The notes beneath the pieces are model-generated. The model saw only the letters and a program-made list of their open reading frames with translations, did not search any database and had not been told where the DNA came from. The position numbers and the translations under genes are program-made. Shown piece by piece: positions 13,236 to 26,791 of a stretch of 64,000 nt of DNA (positions within the stretch are counted from its first letter, which is position 1; each line of letters opens with the position of its first letter). Source of the DNA: Botryllus schlosseri (taxonomy: Eukaryota); NCBI GenBank assembly GCA_051294905.1, contig CM119371.1, forward strand, positions 24,058,001-24,122,000, in the 5' to 3' direction.

Positions 13236-15229
13236 TCAATTCCTAGTGGCAATAAATTGGAAATTGTGTGCAATAGACGGATTGTCGGCTTAAAAATTTT
13301 ATATAATTTGAAGCAGTTTTAAAGAAATGTGCTGACTTGCCCTGAGGGAGTTATTTTAAAATCAAACATCACGTCATTGAAACTTCGGAATAAATCTAAT
13401 CTATCAAAAGATAAATGCATTCGAGCGGAAGAAAACACTGCAAGCGGATGGCATGCCTTGAGGGCTATGTATAGCATGGATTGACATGCCAATAAGTTAA
13501 AGAAACAACCAAAATCCGAAATGCCTCGAGGAAACCTCTGAGCCATACATATTAAATGTTTCACGTGTAGTCTGTTCATGTTTCACCGGTAACCCCCTTT
13601 CAAAGTGTCTTGCGGAGAAATGAGTTAGGGTGAAAAGATAAATTGATCCACAACTACAATTCTTGACTAAGTTGAGTAGGGTACATCTTGTTTAGCAGTT
13701 GACTCACATGTTCATCCAATTACATGACATTTCTTTCATGACAATATAATTATTATCCAGTGAAATTAATCTTATTGTATTCATATCAAGTTCGGTCTAT
13801 ATAACCTATAGAAGTGTGTATGCATGCTCAGCTCACTACTAGCCGCTTCTATAGTAACACTTTGCCTTTGCAATAGATCAGACCGGAGTTTCAAATGCTC
13901 ATTCCGAGGAGTGCCGAAGCGATGTGTAATAAGTATTGCGAAATGCTTACTACTCGTGACAAAATATTTGGAGTAGAGACAGATGCAAAGGTTAGTAATA
14001 GTTAACTATTCTAGAATGAATATTGGTTGTGATAGTCATGTTTATTTTTGTTGCAATCTTATATTGTAGCCTATATCTTGAAGATTGTTGTGGCACAACT
14101 CTTGCCTTCATATCAACCGGAATGCAATAACTGGAATTTCCCTCAACCAAATCTTCTACATGGCTATTATGATTATATTTATTTGTAGGGAGAAGAAGCC
14201 TGACATTGTTACAAAATACAGTAACTGAAAAGAGAATAGGGGCACAGCATGATTTGAGGGCGATTAGGCTTTATGAGGTGAGTTGTAAGATTTGCTGCTT
14301 GTGTAACCTGGTACTTTGTGAACAATGAATGTAGATGTACCATAATCTCCTGATTTGTTAGATCTGTACCGATTTTTACTCTTGACCTGATTTCAGCAAA
14401 CATTGTTCGGCGTTATCCGTAACATCTGGATCGTTCTGCATGCCATAATTTCTGAGTTGCGCCATAAACATGTGTTCTAATTCGGGGTCTGTTGAGTTCA
14501 GACGTGTGCTGCAAAAATGCGGTACAATTGTTTTTATGTGCTGAAAATATGTTAGGCGAGGCCTATGTTTTGATTGTTTACGTTATGACGGTTCAATAAA
14601 CACACTCGAACTGATAAAAAGGCATCGAAACAATAAATGATTATTAAATATTTTTGAATTACATCATCTTTTTCATAAGGCTAAGTCTAAGTTAGAATGA
14701 TCTGGTGTAAATTCGTTTTCCCATCCGTCCATACCCTGGAAAATGTTTTCTGCTGCTAATGTAATTTTTGGTTGACCTGACTTTTGAGTCCATGATGAGT
14801 CCATAATTTATGTGTCGTTCCAAAAGGAACCTGTATGATGGTATACTGATCAAATCTGATTGGATCAATAAAGGTTAGTAAACTTAGGCTACTAGTTTAT
14901 GGTTTACCCTCGACAGTAATAAGGACTTCATATGATCAAGTACTGATTTGCAGAAGATATCTGATTATGTGGAAAAATCCATACATGTCAACGATTAGAC
15001 AGCATATCGTGACGACAGAATTTGATATCACTTGTTCCCACGAGTTAAGCTTGTTAAACCGTATTGAAACAGAAGTATATTGACCCATTCAGCTCTATCT
15101 TTATTACATATTCATTGTGCAGAAGTCCCATAAAAGCATTTCTACTTAATCTAAATCTTGTGCTTTCAATTCACAAATGGATCATTGTCAATATAATTTT
15201 GCTTAATATGTTTTTTTCAATTCCAGGCC

Positions 15230-15540
15230 CATTCAGTCGAATTAACGGCCACAAAGCCGAGTCACCGGCAACTCGTACTAGCGCACCATGTAAATGGTAA
15301 CCTGCAGTCATGGATCATGGCGAATGGCATCCGCATAAAGGGATCGTCTCACAATAAAGCGGAACCCGTTGAGATGGTGCTGGATCTTCTCGCGTGTTAC
15401 TATGTTTGTAACCTCGCACATCCAAAAGTTTTCCAAATACTGTCAATTTTACATTATGTCCTGATTGGAGACAAAAATTTGGGTTTCAATCAAACAAGCT
15501 TCTCTGTTTTATGAGCAGATTTCAGAAATCCCAGTAATGA
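15230..15540 (+). pseudogene. Remnant of a CACTA accessory-gene last exon; possibly part of a decayed element spanning ~13300-15540
   Basis: LLACYYVCNLAHP...LSILHYVLIG parallels ILSLHWVFNIQFE...LHFLSICIG in the last exon at 48200-48460. Confidence 0.45.
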
Positions 15541-15555
15541 TTTAGATTTCGTTTG

Positions 15556-17640
15556 CTGACTTGGACAATTATACAATTCTAGTACTAGTCTAGTTGTCTA
15601 ATTAGTGTGAAAAAAAATGTGTCGAAAAAATTCTGATTATCCTCTAATTTAAAAAAAATAGCTATAATTATAATTCTACTTTAATTTGTGAAGTGCTTCG
15701 TCTCTCTCATTCGAATCTAATTTGTGAAAACAACTGAATCTATAGTTCTAACTGAACTCTAATTTGGAAAAACAGTGTAGCTATAGTTCTAATTCTACTG
15801 TATAATATGAAGAAAAAAACTGAACTAAACTATAATTCTGATACCACTCCAATTTCGAAAAGAAAACGAGCTACAATTCTAATTCTACTGTAATTTGGAA
15901 AAAGCTGTGTAGCTATAAATTCTGATGCTACTCTAATTTGTGAAATGTTTCTTTGCTCTCAATCGAATCTAATTTAGAAAGCAACTATAGTTATATTTCT
16001 AATTCTACTCTAATTTGAAATAAAAACTACCTATAATTCGGATTCTACTCTAATTCAGAAAATATACTGTAGTAATTATTCTACTTCTGCTCCAATTTTT
16101 GAAATGTGTTCTTTGATCTGATTCGAATCTAATTTGTGATAACAACTGTGTCGCTATGATTCTAATTCTACTCCAATTTGGGAAATGTTTTTTTGCTCTA
16201 ATTAGAATCTAATTTGTGAAAACAACTGTGTTACCATAACTCTAATTCTACTCCAATTTTTGAAATGTTTTTGCTCTAATTAGAATCTAATTTGTGATAA
16301 CAACTATGTCGCTATGATTCTAATTCTACTCCAATTTGGGATATATTTTTTGCATTAATTAGAATCTAATTTGTGAAAACAACTGTGTTGCTATGATTGT
16401 AATTCTACTCCAATTTTTGAAATGTTTTTTTTTTGCTCTAATTGGAATCTAATTTGTGATAACAACTGGGTCGCTATGATTCTAATTCTACTCCAATTTG
16501 GGAAATGTTTTTTGCACTTATTAGAATCTAATTTGTGAAAAATGTGTAGCTATGATTGTAATTCTACCCCAATTTGTGACATGTTTTTTGCACTAATTAG
16601 AATCTAATTTGTGAAAACAAATGTGCAGCTATGATTGTAATTCCACCCCAATTTGTGACATGTTTCTTTGCTCTAATTAGAATCTAATTTGTGAAAACAA
16701 CCGTGTAGCTATGATTGTAATCCTACCCCAATTTGTGAAATGTTTCTTTGCTCTAATTAGAATCTAATTTGTGAAAACAAATGTGTCGCTATGATTGTAA
16801 TTCTACCCCAATTTGTGAAATGTTTCTTTGCTCTAATTAGAATCTAATTTGTGAAAACAAATGTGTCGCTATGATTGTAATCCTACCCCAATTTGTGAAA
16901 TGTTTCTTTGCTCTAATTATAATCTAATTTGTGAAAACAAATGTGTCACTATGATTTTAATTCTACCCCAATTTGTGACATGTTTCTTTGCTCTAATTAG
17001 AATCTAATTTGTGAAAACAACCGTGTAGCTATGATTGTAATCCTACCCCAATTTGTGAAATGTTTCTTTGCTCTAATTAGAATCTAATTTGTGAAAACAA
17101 ATGTGTCGCTATGATTGTAATTCTACCCCAATTTGTGAAATGTTTCTTTGCTCTAATTAGAATCTAATTTGTGAAAACAAATGTGTCGCTATGATTGTAA
17201 TCCTACCCCAATTTGTGAAATGTTTCTTTGCTCTAATTAGAATCTAATTTGTGAAAACAAATGTGTCGCTATGATTGTAATTCTACCCCAATTTGTGAAA
17301 TGTTTCTTTGCTCTAATTAGAATCTAATTTGTGAAAACAAATGTGTCGCTATGATTGTAATCCTACCCCAATTTGTGAAATGTTTCTTTGCTCTAATTAG
17401 AATCTAATTTGTGAAAACAAATGTGTCACTATGATTGTAATTCTACCCCAATTTGTGAAATGTTTCGTTGCTCTAATTAGAATCTAATTTGTGAAAACAA
17501 ATGTGTCGCTATGATTGTAATTCTACCCCAATTTGTGAAATGTTTCTTTGCTCTAATTAGAATCTGATTTATGATAACTTTGAAGCTGTAATTCTTATTT
17601 CTATTTGGAAAATCTTAAATTTTTCAATTGTGCAAGCTAG
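15556..17640. mobile_element. Degenerate hAT-like MITE inflated by a satellite array
   Basis: Ends CTGACTTGGACAATT / AATTGTGCAAGCTAG resemble the TIRs of the 33544-34756 and 21099-21605 elements; internal motif shared with 33544-34756. TSD not evident. Confidence 0.55.
15660..17600. repeat. 80-bp satellite (dimer of two related ~44 and ~36 bp subunits)
   Basis: AATCTAATTTGTGAAAACAA recurs every 80 bp (16681, 16761, 16841...). Nearly homogeneous at 16600-17570, degenerate toward 15660. Confidence 0.95.
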
Positions 17641-18032
17641 AAATTCACACATTATCGTTTGCAAATGAATGTTCCGTATTCATCTTTCGTTGCAATATAA
17701 TATTTTTTGAGCCCAAGCTGAGTAAAAGTTCATCGATGGCTGGTATTAATTTCGAGCTCTGCACGAGTCAGCATGAACACACCACCACGAAACATAGGAT
17801 AGCCAGACACACATCGGCTCTGCCACGTTGTGTGGTAGTTAAGAAAAACGGATTTGGCGTGTAAGTTTGCGTTCCGCTGCACGCATTAGAATTTAGAGTG
17901 ATAGGCCTATACCAGGGGAACCAGAATTATTTACAAGTATTTCCGAAATGCCCAACGTAATACCCGCAATTGTGGATGTGTCGGGTTACCTTTCAATCAT
18001 ATTTAACAGTGTTGTTTGTTTTGGAGTATTCA

Positions 18033-18287
18033 TGGTGTTTGTCGACTACTATGGTCATTTACACCAGGCCGATATTCTTCTTATTTTCCGTAACTTCCGA
18101 CTTATAGCACGGCCCACCTCTAGGCTTTTTGTAAGACACCGCTGACGCGGATGAGGTGGCGAGGTGGAGCCTAGATAAACCTCCAAGACATGGGTATCGG
18201 AATTCGGAAGTCGACCTCGGTCGGACTGGAACCCGCACCAATTGGTGTTGCAGCCGCGGATTATACCCATGCGCTATCTCGCCACCG
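18033..18287 (-). mobile_element. tRNA-derived SINE, copy 1
   Basis: Minus-strand head GGTGGCGAGATAGCGCATGGG (A-box-like) and GCGGGTTCCAGTCC (B-box-like); body matches 18595-18850 and 43218-43470. Confidence 0.75.
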
Positions 18288-18594
18288 TATTTAATAGTTA
18301 AATGAAGGGAAAAGTGGCGTTCCTGTCTCGCGTCGGAGTTTATTCTGGGCTCTTGATCCCCCGTGTCGCCGAACTAACTCAGCGAAAGATCAGATATCAT
18401 GTACCAGAATCAACTTAAAAAAGAAACGGTTGTAAAGTAATGGAAAGGAGATCAATATTAATATTGAAAACTGTGCCTTCGGGCACCAGGTCGAAATGAT
18501 TGCCGGTTAAGACACCGTAAATGGTCGTTTCAGCATCGTCCTATCTGTTTGTTGTGTCGCATTGTGTTGGGTGGTTGGTTTTGAGGTACTCAAA

Positions 18595-18850
18595 GTGTTT
18601 GTCGACTACTGCGGTCATTTACACCAGGCCGATATTCTTCATGTTTATTCCGTAACTGCCGACTGATATATACGGCTTATATAGGCTTTTTTGTAATACA
18701 CCGCTTACGTGGATGAAGTGGCGAGGAGGAGCCTAGATAATCCTCTAACACTTGGGAATTGGAAAACTGAAGTCGACCTCATTCGGACTCGGACCAGCTA
18801 CTCCTGGTGTTACAACCGCGGATTATACCACTGCACAACTCGCTACAATC
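18595..18850 (-). mobile_element. tRNA-derived SINE, copy 2
   Basis: Colinear diverged copy of 18033-18287 (GTGTTTGTCGACTACT..GGTCATTTACACCAGGCCGATATTCTT). Confidence 0.7.
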
Positions 18851-19274
18851 GCATTGTGTCTTTGGTGTCGCATTATACATTGTGCGTGCCTCGATCGGAT
18901 CCATATATATAATCTGACGGATATTATAACTCTACATTGTTGACGATTCCATATTAATTAACTCCAAAACTGCATATTATGATGTGTCCTTATTTTATTG
19001 CCAGCACACGACATAAGCTCGATAGCAACTGCATTTCACTAAAATGAGGCAGAGGACATTTATCACAACTATATTGCAATACTGGCTGAATACATGAATC
19101 CATTTTTTTAAATTAATCGAATCCATGATTACACTCGCGTTATAGAGCTTGACCTGTTAGGCACTGCCGATTTTCAAATTTTAAAGGCTATTTCGTGGTG
19201 GTTCCATTGCGTTGATGAAAGTTTAATGTATATTATAGGAATCAGCGCGACTGTAGCTTTCAAAATATGATCAG

Positions 19275-20153
19275 TAGGGCATTTTTTTTGACATGTCAAA
19301 AAAAGTCAAAATTAGGTCAAAATTGTAGCGTTAGGTCAAAATTTGTCAAAATTGTTTACAAAGTCAAACATTTTTTGACCTCTGCATTTCGTTTGTATCG
19401 TAGATTTTGCGCTGTCGGTGAACTTATCATTTCATATTTTACAGCTTGTAGCCTACTTTATAGGCCTACCGTTGAAAACGGACCATCGTCTGCTCATTGT
19501 GAATCATAAATGGTCAAATGAAACAAATTGTGACATGGTTTTATGGTCAACGTACCGCAATATCCTAGCTGAAGCAAGACTGCTTGGACATTGCATGGTT
19601 CTTATATCAAGAAGCGCAAGCTGAAAAATTGTGATACAGAGAACATTGTCAGAATGAAGCAACACGGTTTGTCACCAGCAGTGTGCACACAACTTGAGTG
19701 TTGTCAGCCAACAAATGCTGCTGTTTAACGTTCTTTCTCCGTTCTTGGCAAGCTACGTAGTAAGGACAGACACTTTCTACCCGAGAAGGCAGGAAAGGAT
19801 CTTTCGTCGTACTACAACAAATTTTAATTATGTCCACCAGAATACGTAATGTAACTACTGGAATTCTTCATAGGGCCAGATTTCGTTAAAATACTAGTAT
19901 TTCATGTAAAAATCTGTCAGTTTTTGAGCCAAAAACGTTTTTTTCAGTCCAATCTACTTTGTAAGGACAGACAGTTCCAACCAGAAATGAAGATAAGTAG
20001 TACAATTTTAACATTATATGCGAAAACACCTAATTTGCATACGTGAGGTCAAAATTTTGTCAAATTTCATTTTTTTTTTTAGGTCAAAAAAGGTCAAAAT
20101 TTAGATTTTTTAGGTCAAAATCTTCCGTTTTTTAGGTAAAAAAAATTGCCTTA
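19275..20153 (+). mobile_element. Non-autonomous hAT element with remnant of transposase C-terminus
   Basis: TAGGGCA...TGCCTTA ends, TSD ATGATCAG/AAGATCAG, GGTCAAAA subterminal repeats; highly similar to 38067-38946. Confidence 0.88.
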
Positions 20154-21098
20154 AAGATCAGCTTTATTTAATTTGAGCGCAACAGTCTTGATTTATGGGA
20201 TTAGCAATTTCGTTGCCGTTTAATGCTATGAAGCGATAACAAATCTAACGACCATCGAATCACTCGACCGTAAATCACGTGCTGCGTATCTATCCGCAGG
20301 TTAGTTATCTTGATTCTTACAGTGTGAATAGCCGCCTCCGAAATTACTGCGCACGAAATTAAAACACGATATTTAAAATGGGTAGGTATGCATGAATCCT
20401 CATCGGATATTGAAAATTCCTACATAATCTTCCCAGGCCTGCCAGCGAGGAAGATGTATAGTTCATTGTCCCACTTCTATCAGCAGCGTTGTGACTGAAA
20501 TAAGGGTAGTTCGATGGTCGAAGGATTCCGCTACCTCAAACGCCGCTTAAAGTTGGGCTATATCAATAAGTTGAGGAGTATATCGTGTATACATTCACTA
20601 ACTTGTCAAACCGATATGGATAGTGTGTGTGCTATTTTTTCAATCACGATTTGTGCACATCTAGTCACTTTTTTGATGCAGCATAGGATTTGAATCCAGC
20701 ATGTCGAATCGAGTCAACGGGACAATCACATTGTGGGTTCGCGATCTGTTAACTTTAGTAAAGCGGTTTTGAACGGCATGTCTGGATAACGATAACTGTT
20801 AACCGACTCGCGCTCAGAGAGGCTTTTCCACTTTGGGTGATGGCGCACTATTTCAAGTGTGTCAACCCACAGCTTAGTGATTCAAGAATAATTTCCATTA
20901 CTCATTTATGCTCACACTGCTGTTGAAGACGGCGTCCACGCTGATTAGGAACGTGGAAATGTTTCCGTCACTGATCGTCATCCAGTTGATTTGGTTCACA
21001 GAAATTATCCTCGTGCTTTTAGTGCAGACACTGTGATAGGCAGGTCGGAAGTGAATAGGCCTACTGTACGCGTTTGAATGAAAGCAAAGCCTCTAAGT

Positions 21099-21605
21099 CA
21101 GACTTGAACAAACCACTGCATTTACAAAAGGCAAAACTATAACTAGAACTACTAACTTTTCAAAACCCGCGATATAACTAAAACTACTCGCTTTTAAAAA
21201 CTCGCAACCAGAACTAAAACTGGCACTACTCACTTTTCAAAACTCGCAACTACAACTAGAACGAGAACTACACAATTTTCAAAACTAGCAACTAAAACTA
21301 GAACTACTCACTTTTCAAAACCCGCGATAGAACTAAAACTACTCGCTTTTAAAAACTCGCAACCAGAACTAAAACTGGCACTACTCACTTTTCAAAACTC
21401 GCAACTACAACTAGAACGAGAACTACTCAATTTTCAAAACTCGCAACTAAAACTAGAACTACTCACTTTTTAAAACTCGCAACTACGACCAAAACTCTAG
21501 AACTACTCAATTTTGAAAAATCGCAACTAGCACTAGAACTAGAAATACTCGAACCGTTAATTAATAGACCATCAACCAACTAAATGAAAAATTTGTGCAA
21601 GTCTG
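21099..21605. mobile_element. hAT-like MITE filled with AACTAG/AACTCGC tandem repeats
   Basis: CAGACTTGAACAAA / TTTGTGCAAGTCTG TIRs; internal ~36-42-bp units with a 155-bp higher-order duplication. TSD imperfect. Confidence 0.65.
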
Positions 21606-22609
21606 ACCTAAATTCGTCCTGAAAATATCCCTTCATTTTCTAATCTGGCGAATTAATAATTGAGCGGCAATTGCTCTCTGGATATGATATTGTCTGAAAT
21701 TAAATTTCAAAGTTTGAGAATACTTTGCTTTGGTCACGGACATTTTTTTTCAGAAAGTCATCTTATACGAACGACTACTAAATGACCTCGACGAGTTGTG
21801 ACGTTCCAGTCCATCTCTATGGTATCGAGGTCATTCTTACAACATCTCTTCTTAGATCATTTCGTAATTTCTGGTACGCATTTCCTCGCCGTTTCACTTT
21901 CGCCACGTGATCAAGCAGTCGATCAGAGTTCCGCGTTAGTTTAACTGCGGTGTGCATAGGTGCTCAGTAACGAACTGTTTCTACTCTTTTATAGTTCCAC
22001 GGTGTATTTACTACTTTCACTACTTACTAAAGTGGATACATATTTAGACTATTTATGCGTCAGAGTTTTTAATTTTCTCTATAGATAGGCCTGGAATACT
22101 AACTTTACCACTTAGTCGAAAATTAGTACTTACAACAGTACTTGAGTTGATATTTACGACGGCACGTCCAGTACTACTTTAGTACCAACGTTGAAAACTC
22201 TGCTCATATCTGGTAGGCGTATGGTACCGGCTCTGAATGGACGAAATTTCGTCATGAAGGTTTATTTGTGTGTCAGGCTTGTACAGGGGTGGACAATTAA
22301 TTTCCAGGCGGGCCAAATGACAAGCCAAAATAAGTTGGCGTGCCGAGCCAAAAGTTCAAACTATATTCCGTGGCGTATTTTACCTTTAAATGGACAGCAA
22401 TAAATTACATTGGTAACGCAAGATGCCAAGTGGTTGCGTTAAAATTAGATTATGAGGAAAGAGGGCTAATTGACCAAAAAAACACTATGCATTTATTCAG
22501 TGTCAATATTCAAAACAATGCATGAAACATGAAACATTCTTAACTAACTTAAATGCTATTAACCCCTGGTCTTATTTTCTATATGGAGACGTCAAAATGT
22601 TTTTTGAAT

Positions 22610-25162
22610 CAGACATGGGGTAATCGCGATTAGTAATCGTAATCGATTACGACGATTACAGCATTTTCAAGTAATCGTAATCGCAATCGATTACATTCGA
22701 AAAAAATCCAAAGTTATCGTAATCGTAATCGACTACTTCACATATCTAATCGATTTGTTTTGTGAAAGAACGATTACGTTTTATTTGTACAATGAATATG
22801 ACATAACCGAACATTCGTGAACAAGGAAGAGATATTATACCAGGTTATTGATAGCGCCAGCGGTTGATTTTCAAACGCCACTGCTCATTATTACGTCAGA
22901 ATTATTAGCTTTGCTCGTCCTTGCGTAAGAAGTATCCACACGTAGTAAATAAATATTCGATGTACATTCTTGTGTTATTGTTAGAACAGTGTGAGCCACG
23001 CTGTATATCAGGTTAACAATACGCTTCAGATGCCACTACCTCGCAGCAAGATAATAAACACCACTCTGCCTAGTTTCAAATAGTAACTTATGCATTGATG
23101 TTTGGTTATGCTTATAGTTAAACGCACTTTGACCGTTGCTGCTTGGCGAGCAGTAGGCCTATCTATGTAGTATACGTAGGCTATGTATTGTACATACACC
23201 GGACAAAGGTTTGAAGTTTTGTACTCGTCAAATAAAACATTACGATGGTTAAAATCAGCAGCTGCGTTTATATATCATAACTGAGCCGCTCTTTGCCGTT
23301 TCTCGTAACGGCATAACGGCAGTTTGCAGTATCTGTATTAAGTTGAAGGTAGAATTTCAAGTTCACTTTATCTTATTCTCATATGACTACTTGAAACGGG
23401 CGCCAATCGTTATTTCACAATTCTTCACTCGACATGTATAGCTGTCGCCATAGCCATCCGCTTATACACCATGTTAGCGTGGGTTGTAGGTACAATCAGG
23501 ACCAAAACAGCAATTCGTCCCCACTTCAAACGTTGGTATTGGTAAGGTTGTAACCAAGTTACAATGTTCCGATTCACAAGTCAATCTCACTTTTTTAGTT
23601 TTGACTCGAGTCAAGTCGATTCATTTTCAATTTACCCCCGAGTCAAGTCCGAGTCCAAGTCAGCTAGTATAGGGTCAAGTCCGAGTCATATTTTTTACTC
23701 GAGTAGGCTACGAGTCCAAGTCGTTATGTTCACAGATCAGTTTTCTGATCAATCCGATTCAACCCACTTTTTTCAACTCTGCTCGAGTGATATAGAATGG
23801 CTCGTATTCATAATATGGTAATTTTCATCAGTTTTCATACTTTACGGCCCTATTTCCAAGTATCGGGACTGATAGACGAAATACAATTAATGTGGTAACT
23901 TTACTATTCTTCGAAGTTACATGGAATGTCTGTCTTGGCCGTTCTAGTCTCGAGTCATATGACTTGGTTCGAGTCATGCAAAATGACTCTCGAGTACAAG
24001 TCGAGTCAATACAAAAAAATGACTCGAGTCAAGTCTAGTCACCAAAAAAGCGCGACTCGAGTTGAGTCATGACTCGAGTCATTACAACCCTTGGTATTGG
24101 GGCCCCATAGGGGGTCAGTTTTCAAGTTAATGACTGAATTTCGTCAATAATATTGGTAATTGCATTATATTGCTATTCATTCAGATTTACCGGTAGAGCT
24201 GGGGGCAAGTAATTCATAATTGTAGCATCTGGTATGTTGTTATAATTTCATTATTGTATGTTGTTAATTCGTGAACTCCCGTCTTTTATATAATCAAAAG
24301 ATTCTTTAGTCGCCCTAACGTAGCAGACTAAAGGAAAAACTTTCGTGAGACGCACACACAAATTGTCATGTCTTCATTCCTCTGTGAGTGCCCCGGGTGG
24401 CATTTGCATTGGTAGGGCTCAGATTGGAAGGACCGGACTATTTGCCACGTCCACAGAGCGCGGCTACTGACAATGGACACATACCCAACGTTTTGGCCAA
24501 GGTCATTCATTGGTAGCACACTTTGTGGAGTTGCATGTTGGCCGAAATTGCATGCGTCTTTTGGTGTCGTGGCGGGGTAATGACCGACACCGAAATGCCT
24601 AGTCCTATAAATTATGCATGCTTTTTTTCTTGAGGCTGAGAGGTATGCATTTCAAAATCAAGCTATTTAGAGACATTAAATCCCGAAGCTCGAAGAAAAT
24701 TCTCAAGGTAATTAACTCTCTTGAAAATATGTTGATTTACGAAATGCTTTTGAGTCCCCTTAGAGCTCGCTCCCGGTCCTATTGGAGAGTTTGGGGTGTG
24801 GCAGTTACGAACCTGGCAAGAATGCAAATCGTTGGGTGCGACGAATAGTCCTGCATAAAGGTGGGCAATTGGTGCATTATGACGTAACAAGCGAATCACG
24901 TATGATTAATAAAGAAAGGTTTTATCTCATTAGAACTATTCATCGCAAGCCTTATTTATATTGTCTTTTAATATCTCTTCTGAAATTAGTTCTAAGAAGC
25001 AAAACAAATGTAATCGTGAGTAATCGTGATTACTTTTGAAAAGTAATCGTAATCGTAATCGACTACTTCCTGATTTGGCTGTAATCGTAATCGTAATCGC
25101 GGTATTCACAAGTAATCGTAATCGCAATCGATTACATTCGTGAAGTAATCACCCCATGTCTG
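22610..25162. mobile_element. hAT-type non-autonomous element, (GTAATC)n subterminal family, copy 1
   Basis: CAGACATGGGG...CCCCATGTCTG TIRs, perfect TSD TTTTGAAT; colinear with 40139-43022. Confidence 0.92.
23543..24092. mobile_element. hAT-type MITE, GACTCGAGTC-repeat family, nested
   Basis: TAAGGTTGTAA / TTACAACCCTT ends, TSD GGTATTGG; inverted relative of 28015-28593. Confidence 0.85.
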
Positions 25163-26176
25163 TTTTGAATATTACAAAACTAGTTGTGGTCCCGATCTGT
25201 GGTATTTAGCCTTGTCGTTTGGAGAACTTCGCTGGCCGATTTCCTCAAATCAGTGCACTTTGGGTCTTAGCCAGCTGACGAGTGTCGGTATTTCGCTGTG
25301 TTTTTCTCATAATGCGAATCCAAAATATAGCTCTTAACACGACGACCGCCATGCTCACCACAGACGAAAATGACGGGTTTCCCTCATGATCGAGTAAACT
25401 AATATTTACTGCTCCAAATCTGCTTTAAATAACCGCCTTGAGCCCCAACCTCTATTTTTAATATGCCTGTTCATCGTTTTTGGTGACCGCGACTAGTGTC
25501 CTCCGATTGACCTGTTGTACGAATTAGGGATTGGATACGTATGACTTGACAATTTAAAGCACGGTGCGGGTAATTCACAATTTAACAATGGTAACAGACA
25601 AATTTTGAACTATCTGAAAACCGTTACTTTTCATTTTAATTGTCACGGCATACTTTGCTATATTTGTATTACTTTGAGTCCATACGTAATCACTGTAAAC
25701 GGCAGATAGACGAGTAGACTTATCAGTAAGCGCATTTTCGGTTCAGATTATACAGCCTATGGTTTCAGTTCACACACATTAGTATTCAAGAATAGGTTTT
25801 ATGTTCCAAATTCCAGACTACTCTTCGCGGGCCAGTCAGAATCGCGTCACGGACCGCACTTCACCCATATCTCGACTTGTCGAATTTTACGTAATATTCG
25901 ACCCTGAAATGCTTACTGCAAACATAAGTATTTTTACACCCTTCTTTTTTTAGTGGAGCCTCTAGTGAATGTCATGACATTCAACCACCGGGCCTTAGTC
26001 TTATTTTAAGCAATTTTACGGAAACTTCAGTCTGACATGATGTAACAGCACAAACTCTCATTGGAACTTGCGATGTAGATGTATTAAATGATATTAAAAG
26101 CTGTGAGACATTTCGACAATTCATGCTGGTAAAGTCAAATTTTGTGCTACGATAGTTGATATACGATGTTCTTTTG

Positions 26177-26360
26177 AATTCTCTACTAGCTGCTGACGAT
26201 TACACCTGACGAGTGTCAGCCGAAAATATTCGGGTTCCATTTCAATATGAATATAATACTATTCGATTGTACAGTGTTCTTTCTAATTCTCTACTATAGT
26301 TGCTGACGATTACGCTTGACGAGTGTCAGCCGAAAATATTCAAGATCATTTCAATAGGTA
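26177..26360. repeat. 110-bp tandem duplication containing a hammerhead-like motif
   Basis: TGCTGACGATTAC...GACGAGTGTCAGCCGAAAATATTC occurs at ~26191 and ~26301. Confidence 0.8.
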
Positions 26361-26791
26361 TAACAGTGGCGGCTCGTGACAATATCGGGTGGTGGGGCAA
26401 GGGCTGCGAGCGACTTTTATCAAGATGACGTCACAATGGCGTTTTCCAACGTAAAAAAGTAACTTTATGATGGTCACATGAATTTCCCGACAACAGTGAT
26501 TTTAACGTAGGTGCCGCGAGAGGTTTGCCGGTGAGCCGTGACTTGAAGTGTGGTAACAAATGTTTTATTCATTTATTTTTAATCAAAGGATTATTTTACA
26601 AAATGAACGTGAACTAAGAATCGCCCTATGCCACGAATCAAGTATCAGGTCATCCTTAGTAGCATGCGTTATGATTTCATGGTAGACTTAGAGATTACGC
26701 AAATCGATTGACCCTAATTTTTCTAAGCCCGTCCGAAAGTGTTTCGTACACGATCCTGGTGTGTTACGACCACTGAGCTGGTGGTTACGAC

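Larger units (their letters stand above)
22284..25873. mobile_element. Degenerate Charlie-like hAT MITE hosting nested elements
   Basis: Left end CAGGGGTGGACAA...GCGGGCCA; decayed GCGGGCCA...CCGCAC right end near 25830-25873. Right boundary uncertain. Confidence 0.4.

Noticed and set aside
15660..17600. CRISPR-like array
   Set aside because: Whole 80-bp units are near-identical with no unique spacers; eukaryotic context and no cas genes.
18200..18287. Functional tRNA gene
   Set aside because: A/B-box-like motifs are present but there is no convincing cloverleaf, and it is fused to a repeated SINE body.
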